Origin: a virus
Taxonomy: Duplodnaviria; Caudoviricetes
DNA: 64,000 nt
Strand: one strand, 5' to 3'
IMG/VR virus record: IMGVR_UViG_3300028603_000002
Span: 96,001-160,000 of that record
Shown: positions 1 through 11,838 of the stretch, in pieces
Layout of the letters: every line of letters begins with the position of its first letter
How positions within the stretch are numbered: the stretch's first letter is position 1
Program-made: the position numbers and the translations under genes
The notes under the pieces: model-generated
What the model saw: the letters and a program-made list of their open reading frames with translations, nothing else
Told to the model about the DNA's origin: nothing
The model's database searches: none

Positions 1-103
1 ACATTGGAGGTAATGAATACTGGAGATTTTGAAATGTATGAAAATTGTTGTGATTTAGTTCAAAGAGGAATTGAAATGTTACAATCAGGCATATCAATAA
101 AAA

Positions 104-598
104 ATGCAAACAATTAATATCATGAAAATATTATTCCCAAAAACATTTGCTTATAAGTATAAGCATTTGGGGTATTCATATACTGGATCCATACCAGGAC
201 CGTGGGAAGAACCAGTTCAAGAATTTTTAAAGTATATAGAAAGAAAGAGTTGGCCTAAATACCTACCCAGATTCATTTGTCGAGCTATACATTATTTGGC
301 ATATCAAAGAGGTGGGTCATATTGGATACGATATAATTATTGGTATAATCTTCGAACTGAAATTACTAAACATATTATCATATATGATATCAAAGAAAAG
401 TTTGGTGGAATAAGAATATATGGTATTTTTTCAGATGAAATAAATAATGAGCTGGATAAGCTTGAGAATAAATTAGATCACATATGTTCAAATTGCGGAA
501 TGGAAAGTGAATATGTAAAAATAACTAGTATTAATGGGTGGTATCAAACTGCATGTCCTATTTGTAAACATATGAATAAAAGCTATGTATCATGTTAA
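104..598 (+). CDS. Hypothetical phage protein (KEKFGG.R.Y motif, C-terminal CxxC...CxxC)
   Basis: ORF track; motif DIKEKFGGIRIY plus two Cys pairs. Confidence 0.7.
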   Translation: MQTINIMKILFPKTFAYKYKHLGYSYTGSIPGPWEEPVQEFLKYIERKSWPKYLPRFICRAIHYLAYQRGGSYWIRYNYWYNLRTEITKHIIIYDIKEKFGGIRIYGIFSDEINNELDKLENKLDHICSNCGMESEYVKITSINGWYQTACPICKHMNKSYVSC

Positions 599-852
599 CA
601 TTAAAAGATTTATTGTTATTGGGATTTCAAAGAAATTTTGTACCGAGAAGCGAATCGGGAGATATATCATTTCATTATTTCACATATAGAATTGGAAATG
701 ATCATGAGGAATTTTGTTTAATAACAAATTCAAGTGATTATTGGGATGATGATGGTATTGAAGTACAAATATTTGATTACACGATTTTCAAATATGATAA
801 CATAACAGAATTAAGAAATTTAATATTTTGTTTAGAAACAGGAGTAAAATGA
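592..852 (+). CDS. Hypothetical protein
   Basis: ORF overlapping both neighbours in operon-like fashion. Confidence 0.65.
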   Translation: MLTLKDLLLLGFQRNFVPRSESGDISFHYFTYRIGNDHEEFCLITNSSDYWDDDGIEVQIFDYTIFKYDNITELRNLIFCLETGVK

Positions 853-1358
853 AGAAGAAATTATTAATAATTGGAGATGCCAGATGGGGCAAGGATACTG
901 TAGCTAAAATATTTAGAAACAAGTATGGATTCTCGTTTAAAAGCTCATCTGTAGCAGCTGCTGAAATATTCATTTTCGACACACTTAAAGAGGAATGTGG
1001 TTACAAGACTATTGAAGAATGTTTTAATGATATGAAAACAAGCCCGGAACTAAGGGCGAAATGGCATAATCTCATAGCTGAATATAATAAGGACGATCCT
1101 GCTAGATTAGCTAAAGAGATATTGAAAGACAATGATTGTTATGTTGGAATGAGATCTGGTATAGAAATTGATGAATGCAAAAAACAAAATATTTTTGATT
1201 TAATTATTTGGGTGGATGCATCAAAAAGATTACCTCCGGAATCTCGAACATCAACTAATATCGATTCATCATACGCGGATGTTATCATTGACAATAATGG
1301 AAGTGAAGATAAATTAGAACCACAAATAGATGAAATTTATAACAAGTATCTAAAATAA
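849..1358 (+). CDS. P-loop nucleotide kinase, deoxynucleoside monophosphate kinase-like
   Basis: N-terminal LLIIGDARWGKDT Walker A; C-terminal ADVIIDNNGS typical of phage dNMP kinases; ATG at 849 preferred. Confidence 0.7.
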   Translation: MKKKLLIIGDARWGKDTVAKIFRNKYGFSFKSSSVAAAEIFIFDTLKEECGYKTIEECFNDMKTSPELRAKWHNLIAEYNKDDPARLAKEILKDNDCYVGMRSGIEIDECKKQNIFDLIIWVDASKRLPPESRTSTNIDSSYADVIIDNNGSEDKLEPQIDEIYNKYLK

Positions 1359-1507
1359 CAAATCGTGATTAAATTAAGAAAAAATCACATTACAGTTAGG
1401 TTATTCAGGATGCTAAAGAACCAAACATAATCATTGAATGGTGGAAAGGTTTTAAAGGAAAGTATTGCACTCAAGTAAAGATTGTGAGCTAATAAGTCAA
1501 CTAAAAA

Positions 1508-1539
1508 TTTGGTAATCTGATAAAGATTCATTATCTTTA
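1508..1539 (+). promoter_or_regulatory. Bacteroidota-type promoter TTTG-N20-TATCTTTA
   Basis: -33 TTTG and -7 TAnnTTT(A) with a 20-nt spacer, upstream of ORF 1564. Confidence 0.7.
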
Positions 1540-1563
1540 ATATGAATAAAAAACCTAAAGCAC

Positions 1564-1737
1564 ATGAAATACAATCTAGTTTTTAATCCAATTGATGGTG
1601 ACTTAGAAATCCTTACGGATAGCAGCTATTACTTTCAACAATTCAAAGATACATTGGAGGTATTAGCATCCGGGACTAAGAGTGAAATGGAAGATTTGAA
1701 AAGAGCAATTCAAAATGCAGAAAATGCAAGAAGATGA
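1564..1737 (+). CDS. Hypothetical 57-aa protein, not in ORF track (MKYNLVFNP...LKRAIQNAENARR)
   Basis: Manual translation; follows a promoter; stop overlaps the ATG of 1734. Confidence 0.65.
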   Translation: MKYNLVFNPIDGDLEILTDSSYYFQQFKDTLEVLASGTKSEMEDLKRAIQNAENARR

Positions 1738-3569
1738 ATAACGTAAAAATAACTGATCTAGATATCAGTAAAGTAGCATCTGGTACGTATAAAGTTGGGT
1801 ATGAGGGTAAGTATACAACTACTCATGATTCGTTGTTATACGATGACCTAATGACGGTTAAAGATGCTGGGGGATTAAAGAACCTATATGCATCTGAATT
1901 AAGTGAATTATATCACGAAGATCCAATACAAACAGTGTTGGACTTATTGTAAAAATACATGAAACTATATTTCGTTAAAATTGATCTTAATAGCATCAAA
2001 AAAAATAAAGATGCGGGTAGCTGTCAAACTCTTATTCCAGGTCCATGGGATATAAGATTTAAAGCAAAAACCTTACCTGAATATATGATAGAGGGGAAGA
2101 ATTGTCTTGTGACTGAATATGACGTCATGAATGGTAAACGTATAAATGTAAAAGGATTCATTATAGATCCGCATATAATAGACGAATTTTGTAATGATGA
2201 TAGGTGTATGAGTATTGTTAGTGAAAGAAAAGTACACCGAATAAACCATTCACTAATTCCAGAATATTCATACATGTATGAAAATATAGAGATAGAATGT
2301 TGTCACTGTAATTCGACAATTATGACAGATGATTTAGAAACAACATGTGGGTATGTTGATGGATTAGAAATTTACGAAGACAGATGTTGCCCTGAATGTG
2401 GTGAATCTAATTGTTGTGAATTGGAATATGAAAAAATTAATAATGCAATAGAAAGGAAAAAGATATCATGAGTAACAAAATTCAAAGTACAAATTCTATC
2501 CGTGTATATGAGCTTAATGGAAAAGAATGTCTACCATATGAATCATTTGATAAAATAATTGTAGAAAATCACTGGAATAGAAAGGCATTTGTTGTTTTAG
2601 AAGTTGCCGGTAAGAAATATACTGTATCTGCCGATCATCTGAAAAGAGCAATTCAAAATGCAGAAAATGCAAATGATTAAGTATGAATAATAACAATACA
2701 ATATGTTGTGATACATTTAGAAAAATGTTATCTGCATTTCAATGGTTTACATATACTGAAGAAGATTCTGATACAATGTTAATGCCTTGTATAGAAGTTA
2801 ATGGTATGAAGTGGAGAGTGAATCATTGTCCTTCATGCGGAAAGGAAGTTAGAAATGTCTTAATATCAAAAGATGAGTATCGAGAATCTACTTTAAATGT
2901 TCTAATGGAAAAGGAGAAATTGAATAATGCTAAAATGTAATTGTGATGTATAACTATATAGTAGGAGCAAACAATCCTGAATCTCCAGATGCCTATCATC
3001 TAAGTCATGAAAATTACTATTCTGAATTAGAGTTTAATGAGTTGGTAAGCAATGTATTTGCCGAAGCATATGAATTGGTTGATAAGAGATTTAACGCATC
3101 AACAGAGGTAACTGAAAAAGCAGTTGAATTATTACTACAAAATCATGGATTTGAAAAAACACATATTACAGCTAGTTTCTGGGTTGAATATAATATTGAT
3201 ATGAATGTCAATGGGTACGGCTTCGATTATGATGAACAAGGAGATTTAGTTAGAGAGAAGATTAGATTAAGAAAACAGAAATTGGAGTAATCAATGCAAT
3301 ACACATATAAAGACATTATATTACTAGCTGAACAACCTACTGTTTCTATAGAATCTACATTAGAAGCATTGGTTGGATTAGGTTATTGTCCGAATCTGTT
3401 AAGTGATGATAATGGTCATTGGGCTGTTACATTTGATGGGTTGCAGAATGTTCCATTTGGAGAAGAAGCTGTAGACATGGTAACAACAATGTTCGTTGAA
3501 GCTACAGCATGGAAGGATACTATTCGTGAAGCTTTATTATACGCACTTAAACAAGATGAAGAAGAATGA
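1734..3569 (+). other. Run of small hypothetical early CDSs (1734-1952, 1959-2471, 2468-2680, 2683-2940, 2943-3290, 3294-3569)
   Basis: Abutting or overlapping same-strand ORFs; some carry CxxC pairs. Confidence 0.7.
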
Positions 3570-3961
3570 AGATGATAACTAAATTAGAACCCAATGAAAT
3601 CTTTGTATTCGGAAGTAACTTAAGAGGAATACATGGAGCGGGTGCAGCTAAACAAGCATTGAAATGGGGAGCTGTAATGCACAACCCGTTTGGACTGCAA
3701 GGGCAGACATTTGCTATTCCCACTAAAGATGTGAACATTGAAACATTGCCACTTTATAAGATAAATGTCTATGTTTCTATGTTTCAAATAACAGCAAAGG
3801 CCAATGAATCAAAACTTAGATTCTTGGTGACTCCAATTGGCTGTGGATTAGCAGGATATACTCCTGAGGATATTGCTCCAATGTTTAAAGGATGTTTAGA
3901 ATTAGATAATGTAGTCTTACCTGATGAATTTTTAAAAGTGTTGAAAGATGAAAGAGATTAA
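3566..3961 (+). CDS. A1S_2505-family phage protein (macrodomain-like)
   Basis: EIFVFGSNLRGIHGAGAA, FAIPTK and FLVTPIGCGLAG motifs. Confidence 0.75.
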   Translation: MKMITKLEPNEIFVFGSNLRGIHGAGAAKQALKWGAVMHNPFGLQGQTFAIPTKDVNIETLPLYKINVYVSMFQITAKANESKLRFLVTPIGCGLAGYTPEDIAPMFKGCLELDNVVLPDEFLKVLKDERD

Positions 3962-4160
3962 GTTCAGGTATTGGAATTACATGAAAAAAGAAATGACGTA
4001 TCAGGATATTCACGGAATGGTGTTAGGAAAGATGGGTACTAACATAGATGAGAAATATCTAATGCAGTTTACTGGGTTAAAAGATAAAAAGGGTAAAGAC
4101 ATTTATGAAGGAGATATCGTAAAAGCAACAGACTATAGAAGTGGCCAGATTGCGGGATGA
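3948..4160 (+). CDS. YopX-family protein, probably C-terminally truncated
   Basis: MKEIKFR and LMQFTGLKDKKGKDIYEGDIV signature; only 70 aa. Confidence 0.7.
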   Translation: MKEIKFRYWNYMKKEMTYQDIHGMVLGKMGTNIDEKYLMQFTGLKDKKGKDIYEGDIVKATDYRSGQIAG

Positions 4161-4213
4161 TATTGACCTTCTGCTTGCTGATGCTGAATATAATCAAAGT
4201 AAATATATAAATT

Positions 4214-4961
4214 ATGAATGACAAGAAAATATCATTAGGTGAAGAAGTACTCCAATGGGCTGAAAAGAACTGGGCGTTGGATAAACTAATTAAAGGAGAG
4301 ATGCCAGAAGGATCGGAGAGTGTATCATACGACCATCTACGAAGGGTGTTGGTAAATGTAATCAATAGAACTGCGGAAGAACGCATCATTCAACACATGA
4401 AGTTACAAGCATGTCTGCCGGACCAAGTCTTAGTACATTGGGTTCGGATGTTGGTCTGCAGTCCATAACAGGAACTCAACAACCACCAGACGCACACGGA
4501 TTAAATGATTGACAATGAATGAAGAAATTTTAATAACAGATACATCACTTATTGCGTTAGGAGTAATTGCACTTTCTGGTATTATCATATACTTAATGGT
4601 CATTTATTTCAAAACTAAAAATAAGCTCGAACAATATGAAAACGCAGAACATATTGTACTTTGTAAAGAAATTGATCTCGATCCTAATATTCCCGACATA
4701 CGAATCACTCTCCTAGAAGAAATTGGACCTAATGATTGGTGGGATGTTCCTAGATTCTTACCACCGAAAGGTGAAGAAGTTCAGTTTACTTGTTACATGA
4801 AAGATACGGATAGTTTTACTGATATAAAACAAGGGTGGTGGGAAGGTGGTTATACTGCTAATCCAAATGTTCTTGTAATGAAGTATGAAGATGAAGAGGA
4901 CTGGTTACCATGCACACATTTTAGATATTTACCTGAATACCCAAATGTAAAGAAAAAATGA
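4214..4961 (+). other. Two hypothetical CDSs (4214-4468; 4509-4961 with an N-terminal TM helix)
   Basis: ORF track; hydrophobic segment LIALGVIALSGIIIYLMVIYF. Confidence 0.55.
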
Positions 4962-5311
4962 TAAAATCAGGTGTAACTAGAATAGTATTCATAAGCAAGA
5001 ATAGAGTATACAAAATACCTAACATTAAATCATATAGACAATTCTTAAATGGGTTGTTAGCTAATATGAATGAAGTAAGTTGGTGGAGAGATTCATCACA
5101 AGATATGAAAAATCTATTATGCCCAGTAAAATGGTATTTTCCATTTGGTTTATTGGTAGTAATGTCAAGAGCTGAAGAATTGAAACCACCTATTATAGAT
5201 GACAATGAAATATTTGATAATCTAATAGAAAACAATTTACCATATGATCCTAACCCTGAAAACTTTGGAAAATATAAAGGTAAAATAGTTTGTATAGATT
5301 ATGGAAGTTAG
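4958..5311 (+). CDS. Small protein with kinase-like motifs
   Basis: G.TRIVF...VYKIP and D..PENFG...IVCIDYG resemble minimal protein-kinase-like motifs. Confidence 0.45.
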   Translation: MIKSGVTRIVFISKNRVYKIPNIKSYRQFLNGLLANMNEVSWWRDSSQDMKNLLCPVKWYFPFGLLVVMSRAEELKPPIIDDNEIFDNLIENNLPYDPNPENFGKYKGKIVCIDYGS

Positions 5312-5312
5312 A

Positions 5313-5678
5313 ATGAAAATAGTATACATTGCACATCCAATAAGCGGAAATATTTCAGAAAATTTGCGAAAAATACAGGAAATTGGTAGACAAATTAATC
5401 TTGAAGAACCTAACGTAGTACCATTTGCACCTTACTTTTTTGATTGTCATGCATTGGATGATAATATATTAGAAGAAAGAGAGCGTGGAATTAAAAATAA
5501 TATTGCTTTGATATCTAAAGGATTTATTGATGAAGTAAGATTATATGGTAATAGAATTAGTTGCGGAATGCATGAAGAAATAAAATTAGCCAATACATTA
5601 GGCATTAAAATAGTACCAATGACCATCGAGACAAAATATGCATTAAATAAAATGAAAGAATATGAAAAACTTACCTGA
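5313..5678 (+). CDS. Nucleoside 2-deoxyribosyltransferase-like (DUF4406-type) protein
   Basis: IVYIAHPISG...ISCGMHEEIKLA pattern. Confidence 0.55.
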   Translation: MKIVYIAHPISGNISENLRKIQEIGRQINLEEPNVVPFAPYFFDCHALDDNILEERERGIKNNIALISKGFIDEVRLYGNRISCGMHEEIKLANTLGIKIVPMTIETKYALNKMKEYEKLT

Positions 5679-6419
5679 AGGAATGAAGAAGTTTTGTAAT
5701 TGGATATTTGGTAAGAAAGAAAATAAACCAAAAAACTTTGAAATTAGTCTTGGTGAAAGAGATGAAAAAGGTTTCTGCGATACATATCTAAATGGTAAGA
5801 AAACTGGAATAAGAATGCTTGTCTTTACACCGGAACAAATGGATAAATTTCATAAAATAGAACAAAAAATACACGATGATGTTAACAGAAGAACAAATTA
5901 AACAGAACGATCATATATCTACCGAAGAAATAAATCGTGATATAGAAGATACAAAAAGGGAAATTAATCAAATGGAAGAAGAACTTTCAATTTTTAAAAA
6001 AGATTATACGAGAAATAGATTAGATATTATGAAACGCGAAGTTGGAATAACTAATAGAACTGAATTTATTAAAAAATTAGAATCTATATTAGAGTATAGA
6101 AAAAAGAATAATTATGAAACAAATATCATACACGGAAACAGTAATATGTAGATTGGTGTATCTACTATCTCTATTATCTTACTTAATATTGAATCCTGGG
6201 TTTAATCAATATGTAGGAATAGCATTATTCGCTCTTTCTGGGTACTATTACTTCAATGTCCTTGAGAGTAAAAAGAAGGTCTGGTATCTTATACCCCTTT
6301 CTATTTTCGGCTTGTTAGGAGCGAGTATACAGGGTAGTTGGAATGATGTTCCGTTATATGTTTTTGGTTTAGTATTAGCGTATATTGACATAAAATGGGC
6401 TTGCTACTGCTGCGAGTAG
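5662..6419 (+). other. Hypothetical CDSs 5662-5901, 5876-6151 and 6114-6419 (last is a multi-TM membrane protein)
   Basis: Overlapping ORFs; hydrophobicity of 6114-6419. Confidence 0.6.
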
Positions 6420-6453
6420 TCATTTACCTTTACTCTTTTACTATTCTTCCAAC

Positions 6454-7849
6454 CTACCTTTTCCATAATTTTCTTATTAGATTAAATATTAAAATTTCTA
6501 ATTTATTCATCGTCAAGTGCTCAATGAAATCTTCAAGGTGTTTCTTTTTGAGAAGATTATATTTTTCATTCGTGATAGATCTGTTACTAATAACATTATA
6601 ATAGAATGCTTCATTATAAACAAATTCTGGGATGTATTTATCTCCATAATCTGCTATTTTATTAATTGTTTCTTTTAGTAATTTACGATTAGTGATATTG
6701 GCATGACTACAAATGTAAAATCTACCACTATAGGCATAGGATAGTATAGCATTACTATCATAATGCCTTATACGATCATTATCAATGGCGTATTGCAAAT
6801 CTTCTAATATATATTTCGTCATTGCAAGTATAGAATATTTATTCATAACATTATTTTTCTTCTTCAAACCACCCTATTTTTCTAACGATTTGGCAATTAT
6901 AACAATATGATACGCCATCAATTAAACACCATTGATCTATACAATAACTTATATGCCTTCTGTCTCCACATCCACCGCATTCTATAATATCCTTATCATG
7001 CTTTTTCAATTCCTCTTCGGCTTCTAGAAACTTTTGTTGTACATGATCTGGTCCGTCCCTCCATGTTTTACCTGTAACCTCATCCCAAACATCAATGATG
7101 TATTTAACTGCTTCAATACATTTATTCATATTAATTGTTTATCTTGTAAGTAACATGATATTCGCATATTCATATCTTAGTTCTTTTTGCATTTCCATGA
7201 TTAGTTTATTTTATTATACTTCCCATTTATTAAGTGGATTCCAAACACGCGTATTGTCAGCACCTACAAATGATAAATAATAACCGTCTATCATTCGTAT
7301 TATTACTATATACCCTGTTAGACACATATCTATATCACCTTCAGTAATTCTGTCTGCTATATAAGGCGATCCTTCTTCACCAATAATTAGATATTTAGTT
7401 TTTATCATTCCACCTATTTTCTATTTCGCTGTTGCCTTGCAAGTATTGTTGTTTGTTTAATTCAAGTTTATATTAATACCCATTACTCGTGCTTTTGTTC
7501 GAGTTTCTTTTACCAATCTATCTATTTCGATAGCTTTATCTTCTGGGATGTTATTTACATCTTCATTTTTCAAGATAGCTTCAATTTTATCTAACAATCC
7601 TAGTATCATTTTATCACCAGGTCCTGAGGGTCCTAATATTATGGTCTTCAAAAATGATATTTGAGCATCATGAATTTTCTTTGCTATTGTCATCAGTTTC
7701 GAAAGAGCAGGATCATTATTACACCCCAACTCTTGCATTAATTGAATCATGTGCACAGGTCCTAACAACTCTAAAGTTGCTGTTGATAATACTTCGTGGT
7801 AATCATTGCTTCGTGATAGCCACAACTCCAATGTTTTTTGATACTTCAT
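6454..7849 (-). other. Hypothetical CDSs 6454-6867, 6851-7129, 7214-7408, 7457-7849
   Basis: Minus-strand ORFs downstream of promoter 7886-7917. Confidence 0.6.
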
Positions 7850-7885
7850 AATAATGTTTTTATTATTCTGTTCTTAATTTGATAA

Positions 7886-7981
7886 TAAAGATAAGTAAAC
7901 ACTTTCATTTATCCAAATATTTAGCAGAAAAAAAATATTTCGCGATAAATTTGGTAGTTTCATATACTTTCATTATCTTTA
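7886..7981. promoter_or_regulatory. Divergent pair of TTTG-N20-TATCTTTA promoters (7886-7917 on -, 7950-7981 on +)
   Basis: Exact consensus with 20-nt spacers; the + promoter precedes cassette array A. Confidence 0.7.
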
Positions 7982-8005
7982 TTATGTAATAGAAGAAAAT
8001 CAATT

Positions 8006-8404
8006 ATGAAAGACAAGCAAAAAGTACCAAAGTATTACATTATGAAAGCCGCTACAAAGCTTAAAAATAAGGATAATACTGATAACAAGATAAAAATGAT
8101 TGAAGAATTAGCATTGAAGCTATACTTAGATGATGAGAAGTATAGAGCCAGGATGTTGAAGCTTCAACACAAAGAAAACAGAGGAATCTAAACATAAACC
8201 TATAACACATTAAAAATGGAATATTTAGCATTTAACAAGGACAATGAAAAAGTCAACTCATTTAACACAACTGATAAATATCAGTTAATGGAATTGTTAA
8301 TGGAGCATAATAGCAAAGTGTTCCAAAAAGGAAAAGATTTAGGTAGCAAGATGATTACAAAGATTGTCGATGTTACTGGAAAAGTAGTGCTGAGAAAAAA
8401 TTAA
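8006..8404 (+). other. Hypothetical CDSs 8006-8191 and 8216-8404
   Basis: ORFs directly after the promoter, with A-rich leaders. Confidence 0.6.
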
Positions 8405-9093
8405 TCAGCAAGTTGGCTAAATTTGTTGCTCGCCCTTAACTACGCCCTGAGCATGGCGTTAAACTGTTCTTTTCAGAATAAAATTCCGTACTAAAATTAA
8501 TTTAAAAACAAAATGAAAGCAATTTTAATTGACGAATTGGTGAAAGACCAATCAACAACAGAACAAGTATCAGTAGTGATTGGAGGTAAAAAATTAGAGG
8601 GTTGGCAAATTGCTAAACCGCTTAATTACGAAAAGAAACACACCACATTAAAGGAACGATTTGCTATGGCAAAGAAAGTGTTATTTGGAAAAGCAATAGC
8701 GGTGCAATTTTTTACCGACTTGACCGAAGAAGAGAAAATTGCGTATGTAAAAACACAACTTCCAAACGAAGTAGTAACGTAGCTATCGGCTATAATATCC
8801 CTATAACCTTAACGTACAAGTTGTAAACGCCTTTAAAGTAGAATTTGAGGTATGAAAAAACTAACTAAAAAACAGATAAAAATGATTGCGACAATGCACT
8901 CTGCAATGCACTTAGCAGGGGTGGACTTCTTTATGTTCGACCAACATTGTAACGCAACAGTTGATGAGCAATCATTGATTTTGAAAGAAATACATTCTAT
9001 AGCAGAAAAATTATCTAAAGGGGAGGCAATGAATTTAGGTTCAACGGAAAATATAATTAATTACGTGCGTGGGAAATTTTAATTTATTTCCTA

Positions 9094-9114
9094 TAACACC
9101 CGTATAAACTTAAC
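9094..9114 (+). repeat. Array module consensus TAACACCCGTATAAACTTAAC (attI-like on the opposite strand)
   Basis: Perfect reverse-complement copies at 22734-22754 and 25298-25318; about 24 variants in the window. Confidence 0.9.
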
Positions 9115-9176
9115 TACCCACAGCGATAGGCTGAACGCTAGCGGGACGGGTATAAACAAAGTAAAACGAACGAATT

Positions 9177-9320
9177 ATGGAAATAACAATTAATTTACCT
9201 GAATGGATTGCTTACATAGGTGTAATTTTAATAGCACTATGGGCAACAGATAAAACACTATTACTTATAAAAAAGTGGTATGAATGGAGAATACGCAAAT
9301 TGAAAGACAAAAGTAAGTGA
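9177..9320 (+). CDS. 47-aa single-TM protein, not in ORF track (MEITINLPEWIAYIGVILIALW...)
   Basis: Manual translation. Confidence 0.6.
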   Translation: MEITINLPEWIAYIGVILIALWATDKTLLLIKKWYEWRIRKLKDKSK

Positions 9321-9635
9321 GTGTATGAGTAGGGAGATTTATTAACGAAAACTTTAACAAAATGACAAAGCAAGATTTTGACAGATATTTAGATTATTTA
9401 ACGTCTGAAACTGGATATGACTTTAATAAAGTGCAAAAAGCATTTGCATACCAAGCAGCTAAAAAGTACCATGAGCAAGCCTTACGCAAGCACGATGCTG
9501 TAGAGCGAAGTGAACAGTGTTGCTCACCTACCGATGGTTTTTATTTAGGAACTACTTGTCCGCATTGCAACAAACCTTTCAGAAAGGATATAAAGTGAGC
9601 AACACTGCCTACAACACCCGTATAAACTAAACATC

Positions 9636-9803
9636 ATGAAAGTAAAAGAGCTAATTAAAGAGCTTCAAAAGCAAGACCCGGAAAAGGAGGTAATGATACA
9701 GCAGGGCGAAGAATTTGACTACATGTCGATTCAAACTGTAAAAGAAATGTATGTAGATATGGACGAGGAGATGATTCTATCCGTCGTTATCAAACATTCC
9801 TGA
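9636..9803 (+). CDS. 55-aa cassette protein, not in ORF track (MKVKELIKELQKQDPEKEV...)
   Basis: Manual translation; ATG 3 nt after module 9612-9632; common phage M.VKELI..L...DP N-terminus. Confidence 0.65.
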   Translation: MKVKELIKELQKQDPEKEVMIQQGEEFDYMSIQTVKEMYVDMDEEMILSVVIKHS

Positions 9804-9807
9804 TTGC

Positions 9808-9939
9808 TGCCAACGGTTCGCAGCTATATTTAGTTGCGGATTTAGAACCACAAAACTTTAAGATTAGATAAAATGAAAATGAAAAAAGAAAATTTGGATA
9901 ACCTACAAAAACCGCAATTGAATATAGCTGCTGTTAGCA
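9808..9939 (-). repeat. attC-like site
   Basis: TGCCAAC...GTTAGCA ends; arms CAGCTATATTTAGTTGCGG (9821-9839) and CCGCAATTGAATATAGCTG (9912-9930), 17/19 complementary. Confidence 0.7.
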
Positions 9940-11346
9940 ACAGTTGTTTAGTCTGCGGAAAGCAATTAGTCAAAGAAACTGCCGAACATGGTAACGGTAC
10001 GTGCTCTGAATATTGTAATGCTAAATATAGCGGGTATCCAATGCCACACGATTATTCAGAAGGATTACAGAAGTTAGTTAACAATTGTTGCTAACGGTCG
10101 TATAAACTTAACTACCTGAATGAGCTAACTGATAACATTAATCACCTTTTAAAGTGTCATTTTCAATTATGGGAGCAGAAACAAAGAAATTAGCAGAAGT
10201 GCGCTACGTTACAGATACAGACGTAAGTTACTATGAAATTGGGGAAGTCGAAGGCGCGTTCCAAGAAGCACAACTTAAAGACTACATTAAAAGATTTGGG
10301 CACGAAAAACTATGTAGCCGACTTGCTTATATGCAGTTCCAAATATTTAAAGCTGTGCGTGAAATTAATGGCGAACGTGATGAAGAAACAGGTGCGGAAT
10401 GTTGTAATGCTACATAACACCCGTATAAATGGTAACGGTTATGTATCTGGTGGCGAGTAGCAGGGGAGTTGTAAACCCCATTGCAATGACAATGACAAAC
10501 ATTGGTAAAAACAGTGCAATATGCTTCCTCGCCACTTGTACATCACGGCTACGGCTGAACTCTCGTTGCCGACCTAAATACGAGAGATGAACTTTCAAAC
10601 ACAAATTACGATGAGTAAAAAAAACAAAGCATCGAATCAACAACAAGGCAATGGAGCTTTAGCCAATGTTAGCATTAGTGCTTCTTCGGTTGGTTGCCCA
10701 GAGTGCAAAAAGAAAGGCTGCGGATTCTGCAACGGTACTGGATTAATTTGGTTTTATCCTTCACCTGATGTTTATGACCATATAGAGATATCAAGAAGAA
10801 AATGGCGAATAGCTCAAAGGCATAAATGCTAACACCTGTATAAACTTAACCATATCCGCTATGTGTAGTAGCGGTTAAATAGAGCGAAAATTATGAATAT
10901 AGACGAAGTGATCAAAGAAATTAATGATTTAAGTGCTGAAATACAATATGTAGGCATTGATTCAATCAAAGATGATTATTCCGCACAACAAGCACTTCAT
11001 ATATTGAAGCAGAGAATAGAACCATTACCTGCACACAAAGTTAGACGTTGTGCTTTTCAGTATTGGGACGGACGTAAAATAGTTGAAGATAAAGATCAGC
11101 TTACACTTGATGAGGCCAAAGAGCTATGGAATAAACACTATACTGATATGGTGAAGAAAGTCGAAGAAGGTGAGGATATAGAAGTTGTTATTTGGGTTAA
11201 CATGAAACATCCATCAGATTATCAGGAAACTTTAATTCATTTATACGCACCCGAAGTTAGGAATGGCAGTCTTTATGAGCCTAAATATTATGGTGCAACG
11301 ATATAGAATTAAACCTAAAAATCAATAACAGATAAAACTTAATAAA

Positions 11347-11580
11347 ATGGAAGAAACTAAAAAGCAAGCATTACATAAACTAATGACTAATGAAGAAATA
11401 CTTAGCTTATATAACAGAATAACATCATTAGAACATAACAGAATAACATCATTAGAATATAGAGTTAAAACTCTTGAAGAAGAAATTGAGAAATTATTTA
11501 AAATCAATATACAACTGACAAAAAGAATTTCAAGATTGGAAAGTAAAAGATTAATAAAAGGTAGAATAGGAAGAAAATAA
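11347..11580 (+). CDS. Coiled-coil hypothetical protein with an in-frame 24-bp tandem duplication (NRITSLE x2)
   Basis: ATAACAGAATAACATCATTAGAA at 11411 and 11435. Confidence 0.6.
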   Translation: MEETKKQALHKLMTNEEILSLYNRITSLEHNRITSLEYRVKTLEEEIEKLFKINIQLTKRISRLESKRLIKGRIGRK

Positions 11581-11594
11581 AACTTTGATATATC

Positions 11595-11804
11595 ATGACA
11601 TTTAAAGAACAATTACGGAAAGATTTTATCCCCAGATTGTAACGGATAATTGAAAAAGAAATAGATCATTTAAAATGGTTGATGGATAATAATGCCGATG
11701 AGAAGATGATTGAATCTAGTGTGAAGTATTTACGACATTATAAAAAACGACATAGGGAGTATACCGAATATGCTGCACAGACAGATGATGAAAATGATTT
11801 TTAG
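11595..11804 (+). pseudogene. Small gene interrupted by an in-frame TAA at 11640
   Basis: MTFKEQLRKDFIPRL*RIIEKEIDHLKW...DDENDF* reads as one frame. Confidence 0.45.
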
Positions 11805-11838
11805 CATTGCATTAGGGTATAAGAAAGCAAATTCAGAA

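Larger units (their letters stand above)
8513..11306 (+). mobile_element. Cassette array A, integron-like, no integrase: ORFs 8513-8782, 8852-9082, 9177-9320, 9362-9598, 9636-9803, 9873-10094, 10154-10417, 10587-10832, 10893-11306
   Basis: Module copies at 8793-8813, 9094-9114, 9612-9632, 10092-10112, 10415-10436, 10830-10850; attC-like hairpins; stops inside TAAC. Confidence 0.75.
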
